Translations under genes and position numbers: made by a program
Shown here: positions 11,358-25,146 of the stretch, one piece after another
Numbering within the stretch: position 1 is the stretch's first letter
How the letters are laid out: each line of letters begins with the position of its first letter
Assembly (NCBI GenBank): GCA_965112155.1
Contig: OZ218101.1
Length of the DNA stretch: 64,000 nt
Reading direction: 5' to 3' (one strand)
Source of the DNA: Podarcis liolepis
Taxonomy: Eukaryota
The notes under the pieces: generated by a model
Told to the model about the DNA's origin: nothing
Database searches by the model: none
The model's input: the letters and a program-made list of their open reading frames with translations, nothing else

Positions 11358-14300
11358 GGCTACATATTGGATTTTGGTAGAACCCACATCACCTTTCACA
11401 CAGAGCCTATTCTTAGGATTCTTTTGGAAGTGGTGCAAATGTTCTTGGTTTTCAGAGTAGCAGTTTTAAGTTTGACATAAGTAACATACGCTCAGAAGGC
11501 ATTGGGTTGCATCTTACACTGCACACATGGAGTTAGTTCCATTTGCACCACAGGACTTCCTCTCCCTATTCTTTCCCTATGCACCCACAGAAGCTACTCT
11601 GTAGGGTCCCCCAACGCTCTGGAGCAGATTTTGAGGGTGTGTAGGGGGCTGCAGGGGAAAGTTCATTGTACAAATGAAAATCTGTCGTGCAAGTGAATCA
11701 ACAGTATGGAATACAACCCATTCTTGTTATTTGTTATTACAGTGGTACCTCTGGATGCGAACGGGATCCGTTCTGGAGCCCGTTCACATCCTGAAGCGAA
11801 CGCACCCCACATCTGCACGTGCGTGGGTCGCAAAGTGTGTAGCTTCCTATGCTGCACCCTCTTTGAATCGGTCTCCTGTCCTTTCTTTCTCTTCACTAGA
11901 GCTTGAAAATCAAGGCCTTTTCACTGCAGAAGATTATGATAAGTTAATTTATATAGCTAGTGGGATACCAATTTATAGTTATAGGATCAATGTTGTATCG
12001 ATCATAAGTGTGCAGCTGAAGCAATTTTATGGCCACATAGAGGTTCGTGAGATAGTGTGGAGTTGGATCATAAATTATTTAAATTTGCTTGCCATTGCAT
12101 GCTGCCACCAGCAGCATCGAAACGGCGTTTCTAGGCTTGACAATAGCAGTCAGGAAAACAACAGGTGGACTCTTTCTCTCTCAGCCAGGAGGATCGATTT
12201 TTGCATACTGCTTCTTTGACCTTCTTGCAGAAAGTGAAGGGCAAAAGCACCGAGATTGTCTCTTGCGTTCACTGCAAGTGACTAGATTTTTGTGTGCTTG
12301 GTTTAGATATGTCACTGTGTTGGTAATGAAGGGTACACATGTGCAGAAAGCGCTTTTCCTTTAAAATATAAGTGGTAAGCCAGAAATAATCCATGCCTCT
12401 TATTTCAAGTATTTTTAAGGGTTACATGATGAGTTAGTTACACGTGATGTTTTTATACCTGACATAATACATGTGTATCTTGCATTCTGGTATCTTTGCT
12501 TTACTTTTGAATGTACTGTAAGAGGCAAGATGAGGTCAGCCCTGTAAATAATTATGTAGATGTCAGTTGCCCCCCACCCCCTGCTTACTTGTACTTCTCC
12601 TTCATCCTTTCCTCCTCCTTGGACCAATGTAATGATGCTAGATACAGTTATGTATCTTCCTTTTTTGCCCTCTCATAGTTCTTGTTTCTAACAACGCTGC
12701 TATTGTTAGTGTAATGAGATTTGCCACACAACTTTAGATACAGCCGAAATAGAAAAGTCTGAATTTTGTACATCCTGGAACTGTTTAATGATTCTCAACC
12801 TCTGTTTCTGCAAACCTACTCTGTGGAATGCCACAATGATTGTAATGCCAAAATAATTGCAATTTCCAGCTTGTGATCTTGAATGCTATGTTGCAGGTAG
12901 AAATGAATCTTTTTCCCCCTCTCCTTATCTTGTATAGTGAGATAGGAGGGTGGGGGAATCCAAAATGATTAATTCAGCTGTTTGATTTAATAACTACATA
13001 TGGAATTGAAAGAGGAACAGAGTGAAAATCTGGACAAAGAGAAGTGGTTGAAATTTAGCTCATAATGAAAGCGAAAAGAGACTTGACTCTGGCAGTGGTA
13101 GCATGCAGATGTTGTTTATTTATAAAATTAATGTCCCTCCTTTCATCATAAATCAATCTTGGGGCAAGTTACAACATACAGAAACATGAAACCAACAAAC
13201 GAAACAATTCCAAACCAATTGGTTGTAAAATTAAGCATATAACAATAATCTATCAGTCAATTTACACAACTTAGCCCATATGTTACTATTGTTTGCTCGA
13301 AAGTCACTTAAAGCAGATTGCAGTCATAAAGCAAAAGATCAACAGAATTTAGAGCTGCTAGTAATACAAAACATATTAGTTGCTAAAATATCAACCATCC
13401 ATTAGCATTAAACATTTGCCCTGCTGTGTATTGAGTTTAAGGATGATCAAGAAACAAACCCTTCTTGCCTGTTCCCCATTTTGTATAAGGGCCTTACTAC
13501 CTTCCCCTTATTCTTCCCCATACTAAGGAATAAAAGCATAATCAATACATGTATAAATACTTCTGTGGGAAAGCTTTCTGCTTCCATCTCTTCTCTTTCA
13601 TATAAAGGTGTTGTAAGAGGCAGCAGTTCTGTTTGTTTTGTTACTGAGTTCAACATTGGTCAGATATAGCTCCACAGCTTCTAACAATGCGATGCAAGCT
13701 TTTGTAAAAAACAAACAGAAAAAATCAAGCTATCAAATGCCATTTTTAATACTAATGTTTTTGTGTGTGTGTGCATGTGTTTGAGCAGGAGTTATCTTGA
13801 TTAATAGTGTTTATCAAGAGCCATCACGAGGTCTTCCTGTTGAGGAAGTTAACTCTTGGAAAGTTTCCCTTGCAATTGGCATTCTCTGTGGGAAACCTAC
13901 CAGAGGAAAGTGGAAAAATATTTAACTATATTTATCATCTCTGCTATGTGCGGCAACGTGCAGTATCTTTAATGGTTGCAGTACTTGGGTCTGATTATGT
14001 TTACCTGTCCCCCTACCATCCTCAGATGTTCTCTTTTTCCTCTGTCACTTGGGGTAATGGTCTGGAAAGGGTGACTGTTACTTCCTCTTCTTCCTGTAAT
14101 CCAGCTAATTCACAACACAGTACTTTAGGTGTTTGTATTTAGTGGGATCTATTGCCATGTCTACAGGATTGTAGCCTTACTTATTCTCTGCAAGTAGGTG
14201 GATGGTTGTTTGCTTTGTAGCAATCTTGCTCTTGCATTCATTTTCTATTGCTCCCTGTCTCTGTCTGGGTCACTTCATGTTGTGCTCATCTTTTACTTGC

Positions 14301-14599
14301 CGTATTGAGTAGGAAGGCTTTCCTACCCATATAGCAGAATGTGGTGGTAGAGTGGACTGTACCATTGCAGAATGCTCCCCTACGTGAAAATATCCTTGCA
14401 AGTAGAAAATGAGCACAACACAAAGTGACCCAGGCTATAACATTGCTTCCTAACGTGTTAGTTTTGTTTACTTGTGGGGAGGCTTCATGTGGCGTTCCAG
14501 TTATCATGTGGCAAGCACTCAAAATGGTATTCAGTGCCCGTTCCTTTTTGCAGCATAATATTATATGTCTGTTCTTCCCTTTAGTCTGCCATAGCCAGA

Positions 14600-14815
14600 G
14601 ACCAGACTTCAGTAAATAAGAGTCTGGAGTCAACTCAGAAGATAGTGCCCCAGCAATACCTCAAGTGTTTTGCTCTGACGGTTGCTGGGGAGCAGCACCA
14701 GGAAAGGGCTGTTGCCTTCATGTCTTGCTTGTGAGATTCCCAGAGGCATCTGGCTGGACACAGTGGGGAACAGGATGCTGGAGTAGGATAGGCCTTTGGT
14801 CTGATTTGGCAGGTG
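14600..14815 (+). mobile_element. CR1-tail-type interspersed repeat
   Basis: gattcccagaggcatctggctggacacagtggggaacaggatgctggagtagg...ggcctttggtctga; related copies near 16798-16985 (-), 36440-36535 (+), 43820-43920 (-) and 44205-44285 (-). Confidence 0.55.
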
Positions 14816-15302
14816 TCAGATAACCCAAGTTGCTTCATCTTCAAAATGTGCTTATGAGGAAGCCATCCCTTAATTATGTCTACCTGATGGATTGGGTAGT
14901 CAGGTAAATATTTCAGTGCTTTAATATTGCTGCTTAAAAAATACCGCAGTAATGAAAGGTCACAATAACCGAAGAAATCCCACAGTAATTCACCATAACA
15001 GAGACTACCTTCAAAAGTGAAATAACAGGTTCTGCTGCCCCAATTGCATTAAATAGTGGTATGCATCTACAAAGGGCTATTGAAGCAGGCATTAAACTAG
15101 AGATACTAAAACAGAGAAAGTCATGGCCAGTTTGTTACTGAAGTTTGTATGTTACTGCAGATTCTTGGATTGGTCTGAATTTATTTGTACAACACTCACT
15201 TTTAATATACTTTTGTGTTATTTTTTCTCTTCAATTTGAAAACTTTCCTCGCCACATTTGGTGTCTTGCTCAGTTCTCCCCTCTCTTCCTTTCTTATGTC
15301 AG

Positions 15303-15421
15303 GTGCCACAACTGAGGAAATAAATCATCACTGGGAGTGGCTGGAACAAAACCTACTCCACACCTTGTCTGTATTTGATAATAAAGAAGATATTGTTAGC
15401 TTTGTCAGAGGTAAAATAAAG
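15303..15421 (+). CDS. TBC1D8: TBC1D8 exon 3
   Basis: tcag|ATTEEINHHWEWLEQNLLHTLSVFDNKEDIVSFVRGKIK|gtaggc; 119 nt. Confidence 0.96.
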
Positions 15422-15498
15422 GTAGGCCTTCATTCTTTCCACTTGTTTTATAAGGGGCAAAACAGTATTGAGGAGCAGAGACATCTATTCCCATAGGG

Positions 15499-15762
15499 CA
15501 GGGGTTGGCAAGGTTTACTTTGCCTGGGCTGGTTCACTCCAGCAGAGATCCCTCCTTGGGACGGATCATGAGTGCACGTGGCCACGATTTCCAGCATCTG
15601 CACCTGCAATTTTCAGCATCTGAGCATGCACAGATGTGATTTCCGACACCGCGGAAGCAAGTCCCTGTGCCACACTGCACTGGTTTAGTTGCGGCTCGTG
15701 GGCTGGTTAAATTACCCCCGTGGGCTGCTTGTGGCCCATGGGCCTTAGGCTGTCTACCCCTG
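15499..15762. mobile_element. hAT-type MITE
   Basis: cagggg...cccctg termini; 8-bp TSD ccataggg/ccctaggg with 1 mismatch. Confidence 0.7.
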
Positions 15763-15918
15763 CCCTAGGGTATTTCTTGGAGCAGAAGCATATTAGCCAT
15801 TTGGTATATGATCAGACTCTACGCTTAAGGAATTGTGGCTTTGCAGTCTTGATTATTATGATAATAATACCAACTTAATTTCAGGATGGTTGAAATTGCA
15901 CCTTGAAAGTTTCCCAAA

Positions 15919-16053
15919 CAGGGTTTCCCAAACTTGGGTCTCCAGCTGTTTTGGTACTACAATTCCCATCATCCCTGACCATTGGTACTAGTAGATGGGG
16001 GTGATGAGAGTTGTAGTCCCAAAACAGCTGGAGACCCAAGTTTGGGAAACCCT
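15919..16053. mobile_element. hAT-type palindromic MITE
   Basis: Long TIR agggtttcccaaacttgggtctccagctgttttgg / cccaaaacagctggagacccaagtttgggaaaccct. Confidence 0.85.
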
Positions 16054-16357
16054 CTTCTAAAGGATGGGGAACTTGTCATTGCATGTTGTTGTACTCCTTC
16101 TCCCATCATGCCCAGCCAGTACTCAGGGATGATGGGAGTTGAAGTCCACCAACAGTGGGGTGGCCAAAAATTAACCACCCCTGCTTTAAAGCACTATACA
16201 AATACCAAGTTTTAATTTATTAGTTGCTATTAAATATGTAATGTAAGCTATTAAGTTGAACAGCAAATCTTGTAAATCATTTGGTTGCTTGTAAGTATTA
16301 AGTTGCATGTGGTCACTTCATTTTCTCCTCTAATGCATTAATTTGCCATTGACTTAG

Positions 16358-16586
16358 GCATTAATAGCAGAAGAAACCAGCAGTAAGCTAGCTGAGCAGG
16401 AAGAGGAGCCTGAGAAGTTCAGAGAAGCACTAGTGAAATTTGAGACCAGATTTAACTTCCCCGAGGCAGAGAAACTGATAACCTTTTACTCATGCTGCTG
16501 CTGGAAGGGCAAAGTTCCTCGGCAGGGATGGCTTTATCTCAGCATCAATCACCTCTGTTTCTATTCCTTCTTTCTTGGCAAGGAAC
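16358..16586 (+). CDS. TBC1D8: TBC1D8 exon 4 (GRAM domain 1 start)
   Basis: ttag|[76 protein letters not shown]|gtaagt; 229 nt. Confidence 0.97.
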
Positions 16587-18847
16587 GTAAGTATGAGCCT
16601 GCAATAACGTATCTCACTGATTTGTACGCTTGCTTTTCAAACTGCCGAATTGGTTTCCCTAAGGAAGAAGTTAAAAGTGTAGTTATTTCATCCTTTGGCT
16701 AAATCAGAGATGACCGGCTTTATTTTAAGTAGGCACATTTTCATAAGAGACCATATATTTGGATTTGTAACCTGCTCTAACTTTGGGAGTTCAGGACAAG
16801 AATATAACAGTCGCTGTGCAGGATCAGACCAAAGGCCCATCCAGTCCAGCATTGTGTTCTCACGCTGGTTAACCAGATGCTTATGGGAACCCACATAACC
16901 CACTCGCAATTCCTAGCAACTGGTATTCAAAAGTATACTGCCTCTGACAGTGAAGATAGAAAATATCTGTCACGGCTAGTAGCCTCCATGCATTTTTCTG
17001 ATCCTGTTTTTAGAAATGTCAAGCAAACATATTTGTAAAGTCATTATAACATGATTAAAGCAAAAAAGAATGCTTGTGAATCAAAGAGGAGCATTTCTTT
17101 GTACTGGGATGTACACACACTTGGGCACGTGTTTCTGTCTACATGCACTCATGTATACACACACAGCAAACCACCAGGGAACTTTCTGCTCATCCTTGTA
17201 AATTAAGGCTCAGGTTGCATGTATCACTAGACCAAACTATGGCTTCTCATGAAGACACGAGTTGTGGGTTCCTGGGAAGGAAATTGTGGCTGTTTTGCTC
17301 TTCTGGTCCTGCTGCTACACTGCTGTGAGCCAGGGCTTAGTGTGTTGTCTGAATATGGGTTTGTGGTTTGTTTGAATCCAGACAAACCACAAGCTGTGTA
17401 AACCAAGAAGAAACCTTGGTTACAGTTCATGGTTAGAAACATTCTATTCTTAATTTCCAGTTGTTGTTGTTTTGTAGACTTTAAAGTCTTTAAAGACTTA
17501 AAGGGGGTAAACTAAAAATATGTGAATACATTTTGTATCTGTTACCAGTGCTTTTTTCTAAAAAATATATTTAGGGATATTCTCATTTTCCTACTCATAT
17601 TGAAATACTGCCCCTCAATGAGGCCAAACTTAAATGTTATGGCGTATGTGTGCCCCTGTGTGTCCCCCCCCCCCCGAAAAAAGCAGTGTCTGTTATTATC
17701 AAAATAAATTAAAAGAATTACCCCAGAAGTCAATATTATATATGATCAGCTGTAATTTCTCCTCCTCAAGAAAGTATAGATAAGGGGGGAAACTCACTCT
17801 AAATTTGGTGTCTAAAATCAGTATGTTGATTTTAGGACAAGGAGTAGGACTGGTGGTAAGGGGATGGGATCATCTTCCAAGCCTGAGACATAGAATTTCT
17901 GGGTTTATATGAGGTGACCTGGGGCTTGCTCATTCTTTTCTAGTTCAAAGCTGTTTGTAAAACTCATTTAACTGCATCTCCTAAGTTTTAAGGTAAGAAA
18001 CATTACTGCATACATTAAAAAAGCTGATGGTGATTGTAGCCAAATTTGTATGATAGACGTCCCTTGTTTTATCTTACGGCAGCTTTGCCCAGACTTGCCA
18101 CAAAGCATTCATTCTCCTTATTAGGCTGAAGAATATAACTTTGTATCATACGGAAGCCTTGTGTCTATAAGGAGTCATGCAATTTGCATTACTGCTCATT
18201 AAATCTCCTGAAAGATAAATCAGTGCATTCATGGTTTTTGACAGAAGTACAGTTATTCCTTGCAGATGTTTATGTTATTTTATCATTTCTCCTCATTTAC
18301 CAAAGCAGCCTTTCATATTCTAAGCCTACTCTTAACATGGGTTCACCAGAAACAGAATGGATTTTTGTGCATTGCAACATCCTTCTGTCCGCACCCATGG
18401 CCCATTTTAGCTTTTTAACTACATTGTATAAAGTTACCTAAAATTCTGCCTACAGGGGCTGCAGATTTAATTGCCATGGAGCAGGGCTAGCTCAGGACAT
18501 CTTGCCGCTTGAAGCAAAAGCCCCTGGTGCGTTGTCAGCAGCTTCATCAGCTCCCCACCACCTGCGGCCTCCTCCTTTTCCACTGTTGCTGCTTGGAGGC
18601 AGCCCAGGGAAGCCCTGGCATGGTGGAGTGGCACACAGTGGTTGGGGGAGATTGTGGCACGGCTGCAGAGCGGCATACTAGTCAGGCCTTGATCTGGTGC
18701 CTGAGGTGACTGCCACATCGTAAGTGTGCCAGTCCTCGCATGGAGTTATCTGCATATGGCCTGCTTGGGTTAATACTGTTTTACTGACTGTTTAGAATAA
18801 AAGAAAGTGAGGAGAAAATACCCAACATGAATTTTTACTTCCTTTAG

Positions 18848-18973
18848 GTTTAGGGATGTTTTTAAGGATTGATGTTTTTATTATGTTTTTAGATATGTTG
18901 TAAGCCACCCAGAGTGGCTGGGGAAACCCAGCCAGATGGCCAGGGTATGAATAATAAAATTCTTGTTATTATT
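18848..18973 (+). mobile_element. L2 LINE 3' tail
   Basis: tttagggatgtttttaa...gccacccagagtggctggggaaacccagccagatgg...ttatt. Confidence 0.75.
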
Positions 18974-19145
18974 GCTGCAATCGTATATATACTTACTTGG
19001 AACGAAGTATCACTGAATCTAGCATGAATTTACTTCAAAGAAGATTTGTGGAGAAACTGTGTGTGTATATGTATGTGTGGGAGACATAGATTGCTGGATT
19101 CTGATGTTTACTTCAATAGATATTTTTGTGTTTCCATGGTGGCAG

Positions 19146-19386
19146 TAAAACTTATCATTCCCTGGGTTGATGTCCAGAAGTTGGAAAGAACCTCCAATAT
19201 CTTGATGACTGACATTATCCGCATCACCACTCAAAGTAAAGAACGCGATTTCTCTATGTTCCTTAATATTGATGAAGCATTCAGGATAATGGAACAGTTG
19301 GCAGATGTAACTCTCCGCAGGCTACTGGATAATGAGGTCTTTGAACTGGATCCAGGTTTGCAAGATCCTACTCTGATCACCAAGAG
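19146..19386 (+). CDS. TBC1D8: TBC1D8 exon 5
   Basis: gcag|KLIIPWVDVQKLERTSNILMTDIIRITTQSKERDFSMFLNIDEAFRIMEQLADVTLRRLLDNEVFELDPGLQDPTLITK(R)|gtaaat; 241 nt. Confidence 0.97.
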
Positions 19387-19774
19387 GTAAATAGTGACAT
19401 CGTTTTGTTGAAGGGGTCTCATATTTTAAGTAATATCCCGCCCCTGCCCCCCCCCCACTACTACCTTTGTGTCATGAAGTCTAAATAAAGAGCTAATCTA
19501 TCTGGGAAAGGGCGGGGAACAAAATACAAAAATAGCTTCAATCAAGTAAGTCCTGTGACCCTTGTGGTATTATTCAGAACCAGTCACATCTTTAGCATTT
19601 CTCTGTAATGCAGGAAGACACACAAGCTTTTTCAGCCCAATGGTCACATTCTGTTGTGGGCAATCTCCTGGAGGCCACATGCCAGCATTATTGGATTAAA
19701 AGGGAGTCTTAATTTGTACAAGATCTGCGCTGAATAATGCCTTGTTGTACAACTTCACACTGCATTTTTTTAAA

Positions 19775-20240
19775 CAATAATAATAGTAATAATTTTTTTA
19801 TATTCTGCCCATCTCACTGGGTTGCCCCAGGCACTCTGGGCAGTTTCCAACACATTAAAACACAGCAAAACATCAACCATTAAAAAAAGTTCTGTACAGG
19901 GCTGCCTTCAGATGTCTTCTAAAAGTCAGATAGTTTTTTAATTCCTTGATATCTGATGGGAGGGCGTTCCACAGGGCAGATGCCACTACCGAGAAGGCCT
20001 TCTGCCTGGTTCCCTGTAACCTCACTTCTCGCAGTGAGGGAACCAGCAGAAGACCCTCGGAGCTGGACCTCAGTGTCTGGGATGAATGATGGGAGTGGAG
20101 ACGCTCCTTCAGGTATGCAGGACCAAAGCTGTTAAGGGCTTTAAGGGTCACCCACACTTTGAATTGTGCTTGTAAATGTTCTGGGAGCCAGTGTAGATCC
20201 TTTAGGCCTTGTGTTATATGGTCCCTGCAGCCACTCCCAG
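19775..20240 (-). mobile_element. L2 LINE 3' fragment with ORF2 C-terminus
   Basis: DHITQGLKDLHWLP...FKV...KALNSFGPAYL...TLRSS...AFSVVASALWNALP...TFRRHLK, the hallmark L2/CR1-clade ORF2 end. Confidence 0.9.
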
Positions 20241-22811
20241 CTGTATTCTGCATTAGTTGTATTTTCCGAGTCACCTTCCGCCAAAGCAAACACATTTTCC
20301 CCATTATGTAGTATAATATCTTGCCTTGCCGGTACATTTTCCTTTAAAAAGAAAGAAAGCAATATATTGAGTTGAATCCAGGCTTGATTTGGCAGAACTC
20401 TGCTGATTCCATGCACCCTGGGACAGAAGAGTGGGGAGACAATTTTCAGCAGCTCTTCCTTCCCCCAACCCCAGATGCCTCCCCAGATCTGCTTTGGATG
20501 GTTGGAAGACCCTTCAGAACAAAGTGGATAAATGGCACATGGATTTGGAGGGGAAAGGAGGGTGCTAGAAAATGCCTCCTCCCACTTCCATCTGCAACAA
20601 CCTCCACTGAATCAGGGTCCCATCCACGAATGGAAACAGCGGTTCCATTTGCAGTGGGATATGTCTGGATCTATTCCAGTTGTGTTTTTCCCTGTAGTTC
20701 ATCATTTGGGAAGAGATGGGATTTCCAGCCAACTTTCGCTAAAGCAGAGATGGAGAACCTGCAACCCTCCAGAGATCGCTGAACTCCAAATGCCCATCAC
20801 CTGCAGCCAGCATGACCAATGGGCCACAGGTTCCCCACCCCTAGGTTAATAAAGGATAATGCTCAGGCAGTGAATTACAGAAGAATTAACCAGCATTTGC
20901 TCCCAAAAGCAAAGAGAGATTGAAGTATTACATAACCACAAAAGCTCTTTATTTTAAATGCCCCGAAATGCTTTCAGCGGTACCCAGACATAAGATCTTC
21001 TTAATATGAGTGTTTTAAAACCTCCTCTTATTAATGGACTCTGTGTGACTGTTTGCCAAGAATGTGGAAAGCACAAAAACGTTGTGTATTATATTTTGCT
21101 ACATACGTGATATTGCTTGTGCATTTTATTTTGCTACATTATGTGATATTGCAACTTATAATGAACATTTTCTGGTTTGAATAGCATGATTGAGCAGCTG
21201 CTTTCTTATAATCTTGCCTGGATTTTCTTAGTGTGTATAATTAGTGCAGTAGGCAACCACACTCTAAGGAGTCCTGTATTAAAAGCAGCAGTTTGGGGGC
21301 ACAGTTGGACTTTCTCCAAGGTCTACCTTTCCCCTTTGAAATTCTGTGTTCAGAATAAGTTGGAATTGTTTTGCAAATCTGCAGCATGAATTCCTTTGTT
21401 TATATGGTATGAAACAAAGTGCCATCTTAAACTTCAGAATTCTTTATATGTTACGCTATTTATGTCACATACCTGTGGTTCTTAAATATTTTAGTACTGA
21501 GGATTATTATTCTGTTTTGTTTGCTCTTTGCAGTCCAACACATTTTCTTTCTTTATAGCTATTGTGTGGGACCATACTTAAAGCTTTCAAATTGATTTTT
21601 TGCTTAGAAGGAAATTTCAAGCAAAGGTTTACAGAGTGGACGAAGAATTATGGAATTAAGTAAAGTTGCTATAAAGGATTACTTCATTTCCAGCTGCTGC
21701 AGCTTTTTCAAAGAGTACAAAAATAAGCACATCCCTTATAATAGAGCAGGTCTCTCTCATACTGAACCACGTGAAGTCTTTTTAAAAGGAATGCCTTAAA
21801 TACAGAGATGTTCACTCCTTGTGTGTGTTGAAGGCACTTCCGCTTATGCAAGAAGAAGTCTGATTTTTGCTGATTTCCCCTTCCCACCAAAGCCCCTTAC
21901 ACCTCATTCCAAGGCGCACTGCAATTTCCATCACCATCGTTTGACTTGAAGAGCAAGAGAGAGAGAATCACTGCAGCCATGCTGCACTTCAGAAGTGCTA
22001 TGCACACCTACACAGCTCAGCGCAAATGGAGGGATGGCCCTCCCAACAGATGTAGGGCCCCTGTGTTTCTGAAATACTGAGAGCCCTTTGGAAATGCCGC
22101 CCCAGTGCAAGGCTCTAGTTTGTGTTGTGCTACACTTTAGTTTGTGCTACACTTTAGAAACTCAGCAGTCAATGGTATTAAATGTTTTAGTCAACTATTC
22201 TCTGTATTTCCCCTTTATTCAATGCGTACTGCTAATGCTGTATTTCAATGCACGGAATAGAATTTAAAAAATGGGAAGTCATCACAACTCTCCCATAAAG
22301 TGTAACAAAATCTCTTCATTTACACTGAGCATGAGTGGTATCTAACAGCTCAACTCTGCTAAAAAGCCCTAAATTTAAGAAATACTATATAGGTGTATTT
22401 TATACACATATTTAAAGCTTAATATATGCAGTGATTGTACAAAGTATACTGTGATATCTGTTGTCTTTCCAAGAACAAGCGTTTTAGAAACTATTTTCGT
22501 GGGAGAGTAGTTCACCCACCCTTCATATAGATACTGGCAAAGAGGCTTCTACAAAATGAACTGGAGATGTTGTCACTGATTCAACTCTGTTTTGGTCAGA
22601 ATGGAAAAATATTTTTGTGCTGAGCCAATGCAACACTTAGTCATACTAGCAGATTGTTAGTTGACTTTGTCAGGTGATTATTATTTTTTCTTGTGAGGAA
22701 ACTTTGACTGTAAACACAATCTTTTCTTCCTTTGAGTACAGTTTTCTGTTGTTTGTCTTTAAACAAAATAAAAACTTTCTGACGTGCTTCAGAAGCCCAG
22801 CTAGTCTGTTC

Positions 22812-23080
22812 TAGGGTTGCCATACATCCAAATTTTCCCAGACATATCTGGAATACCGCAGTTGGCAGCAGTGTCCAGGCAGAAATTGGGGAAATGTCTG
22901 GGAAAATCCGGACATACCGCAGCCCATGTCGGCAGTGCCGTTTTTGCTGTTTTTCCATAAAGGTAGCTAAAAACAGCATTTTTTTTTTTTTTTGCTTTTG
23001 CCCCCAAAACTAAACAACTTTGGCAAATCAATTAATCAATCAATCTGTGGATTTTCACTGTTTAAAATATGGCAACCCTA
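22812..23080. mobile_element. hAT-like MITE
   Basis: TIRs tagggttgccata/tatggcaacccta; flanking duplication tctgttc. Confidence 0.8.
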
Positions 23081-24202
23081 TCTGTTCTGGATTTTGAAAT
23101 GGTTGCAAAACTGTCCTCTGTACTAAGCAAAATGGCCCTCCAAGCTGTTTTATTACACTGCTGTAACAAATGAAAAAGGCATTCTAAATTCTTAAAACTA
23201 CTTGAGCAGGGGGAGTTGATGGATTTCTGTTGTCAAATGAAGCACAGATGCCAGAAGGCACTCCTTAGATTCTTTAGCCCACACTTTGCATTCTTTTACT
23301 GAAACAGAGAGGGAAACTATTTCTTCCTTAAAGCGAACTGTTTTGAGGGGGAAAGTAATGTGCTATGAAGAGAACTGTAGAACTTAAGTGATAAACTGGT
23401 ATATTCATAGGCACCCATACCATACTTGTGTTGCTTATATAGGGTAAGGGGTTTGTGTGCATACGCATATGTGCCTGCTTAATCACTTGGGAACCCTTGA
23501 GGCAGATTTTGCAGGTGCATGGGGAGAGGAGGTGAAGGGGAACTCTAGTTTCGTGAGTGGAACGCCCCACTTGCAGCGTTGAATACAACCTGAGGTTATT
23601 CAAATCCTGGCTAATCGAAATGGATCTCATTTGCCACTGCAGTAAATATGCCAGTGAGAATCTTCCAAAGGCGGGCAAAATGCCATTAGCCTGCTGAAGC
23701 TGGAGCTTAATGGAAACGATTTTTTAAAAAACGCTTTTACTCAGGACCTAAGACTCAACAAACAACAGCTTGCAGTGAATGAGCAAGTGTGCTAATACAT
23801 GCTGCTGAAAGTGTGCTTCATCTCTCCTCCCAGAACACTAGGGTGGTGTTAAGTGCCAGCCAGTGCTCTTGGTTTATCTCTCGCCAAACCAACCACGAAA
23901 GGAAGCAAAGATTCATTCTTTGGTAGGAACAAACCATGAGTGCTGGTTCATATGTAGCGTTAAGCCTCTGGTTTGCTTCCTCTGGGTACATCGCGGGGAG
24001 AAGGGCGGGGGGAGTGAGATTTGAGCCATGGTTACCGGCCTGCTTTCTTGCTCATGGTGAGGAATCTGTTGTTGAGCCTATGGCTTACCATGACATGTGA
24101 ATTGGCCTACTGCAGTTTTATTTTGTTAAATAAGAAAGCAAATCAAGTTGCTTTAAGTTTCAGCCTTTGAAAAACCTTTTGTTCTGTTGCTTCTTTCAAA
24201 AG

Positions 24203-24410
24203 AGATCTTGAGTTCAGAGCACGGAATGAGTACTTCAGAGCTTTCTTCCGGTTACCAAAGAAGGAAAAGCTGCACGAAGTTGCAGATTGTTCCCTGTGGA
24301 CTCCCTTTAGCCGCTGTCACACAGTTGGAAAGATGTTTGCCTCCGATAGCTATATCTGTTTTGCTAGCAAAGAAGATGGCTGCTGTAATGTTCTAATTCC
24401 ACTTGTAGAG
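24203..24410 (+). CDS. TBC1D8: TBC1D8 exon 6 (GRAM domain 2)
   Basis: aaag|DLEFRARNEYFRAFFRLPKKEKLHEVADCSLWTPFSRCHTVGKMFASDSYICFASKEDGCCNVLIPLVE|gttagt; 208 nt; this frame is not in the ORF track. Confidence 0.96.
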
Positions 24411-25146
24411 GTTAGTCTTTTGCCACTTTGAAAATCCATAATTCTTCTAATGAACCACCTTTCTGCTTAAAAAGATACTTAAATGTGAGAACAGTTCTAT
24501 CTATTTGTTTATCCTAAGCTGTATAACAACTCATTGCCCGTATGCTTCAGGTAATGTTGAGCAGTTATGTGGTACTTAACAATCAGTCCAGGGTTTCCAA
24601 TTAAAAAGTAATTGGCTTCTCTCCACTGAGCAATATTAATCATGGATGTGCAGCTCTATAAAATGTGTTCACAAGAAACTTTGCCACCAGCTAATGTGAA
24701 AACGCTGTAGAAATTCTTAATTCAAACCAGTTACACTCTAACAATCTTTAGCCAGTCTGCTATGCTCACAATGAATTTTCCCTACCCTTTCCATGCATGC
24801 TTATGTGTTGAAGTGGGATTTCTAAAATCTGCTTGCGGGGATGAAGGTAGGGAGTTCTTCTGGTTTGCACCTTTGGAGTCTGGTAGGCGATCTTGCTTAG
24901 ATCCTGACACACATAAAGAGCTATTTCAGGCACTCCTGAGTACTTAGGCAAGTGGGTTCTTTCGACCTTTGAGAGGCAGAGCCTCATGCAGAATCAAATT
25001 ATTTTTCATACTTTTCTGGGTTTTAAAAAAAGGGTTTGCTGTTATGTCTAAAGATCTCTTGGGCAATGGAACCAGTATGATGGTCCTTTGGATGCAGACC
25101 TTGGTGTTCCCCATCATAAAGTTTATCACAAACTACCTGAAGAAAA

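Noticed and set aside
11674-12219. 181-aa ORF, the longest in the track
   Set aside because: It starts inside a Tigger-like MITE fragment in TBC1D8 intron 2, has no recognisable domain, and has no supporting gene structure.
19873-20337. 154-aa ORF as a host gene
   Set aside because: It is the C-terminal remnant of an L2 LINE ORF2.
21768-21773. CACGTG E-box as a clock-controlled element
   Set aside because: A single hexamer is expected by chance in 64 kb; no clustering or conservation evidence.
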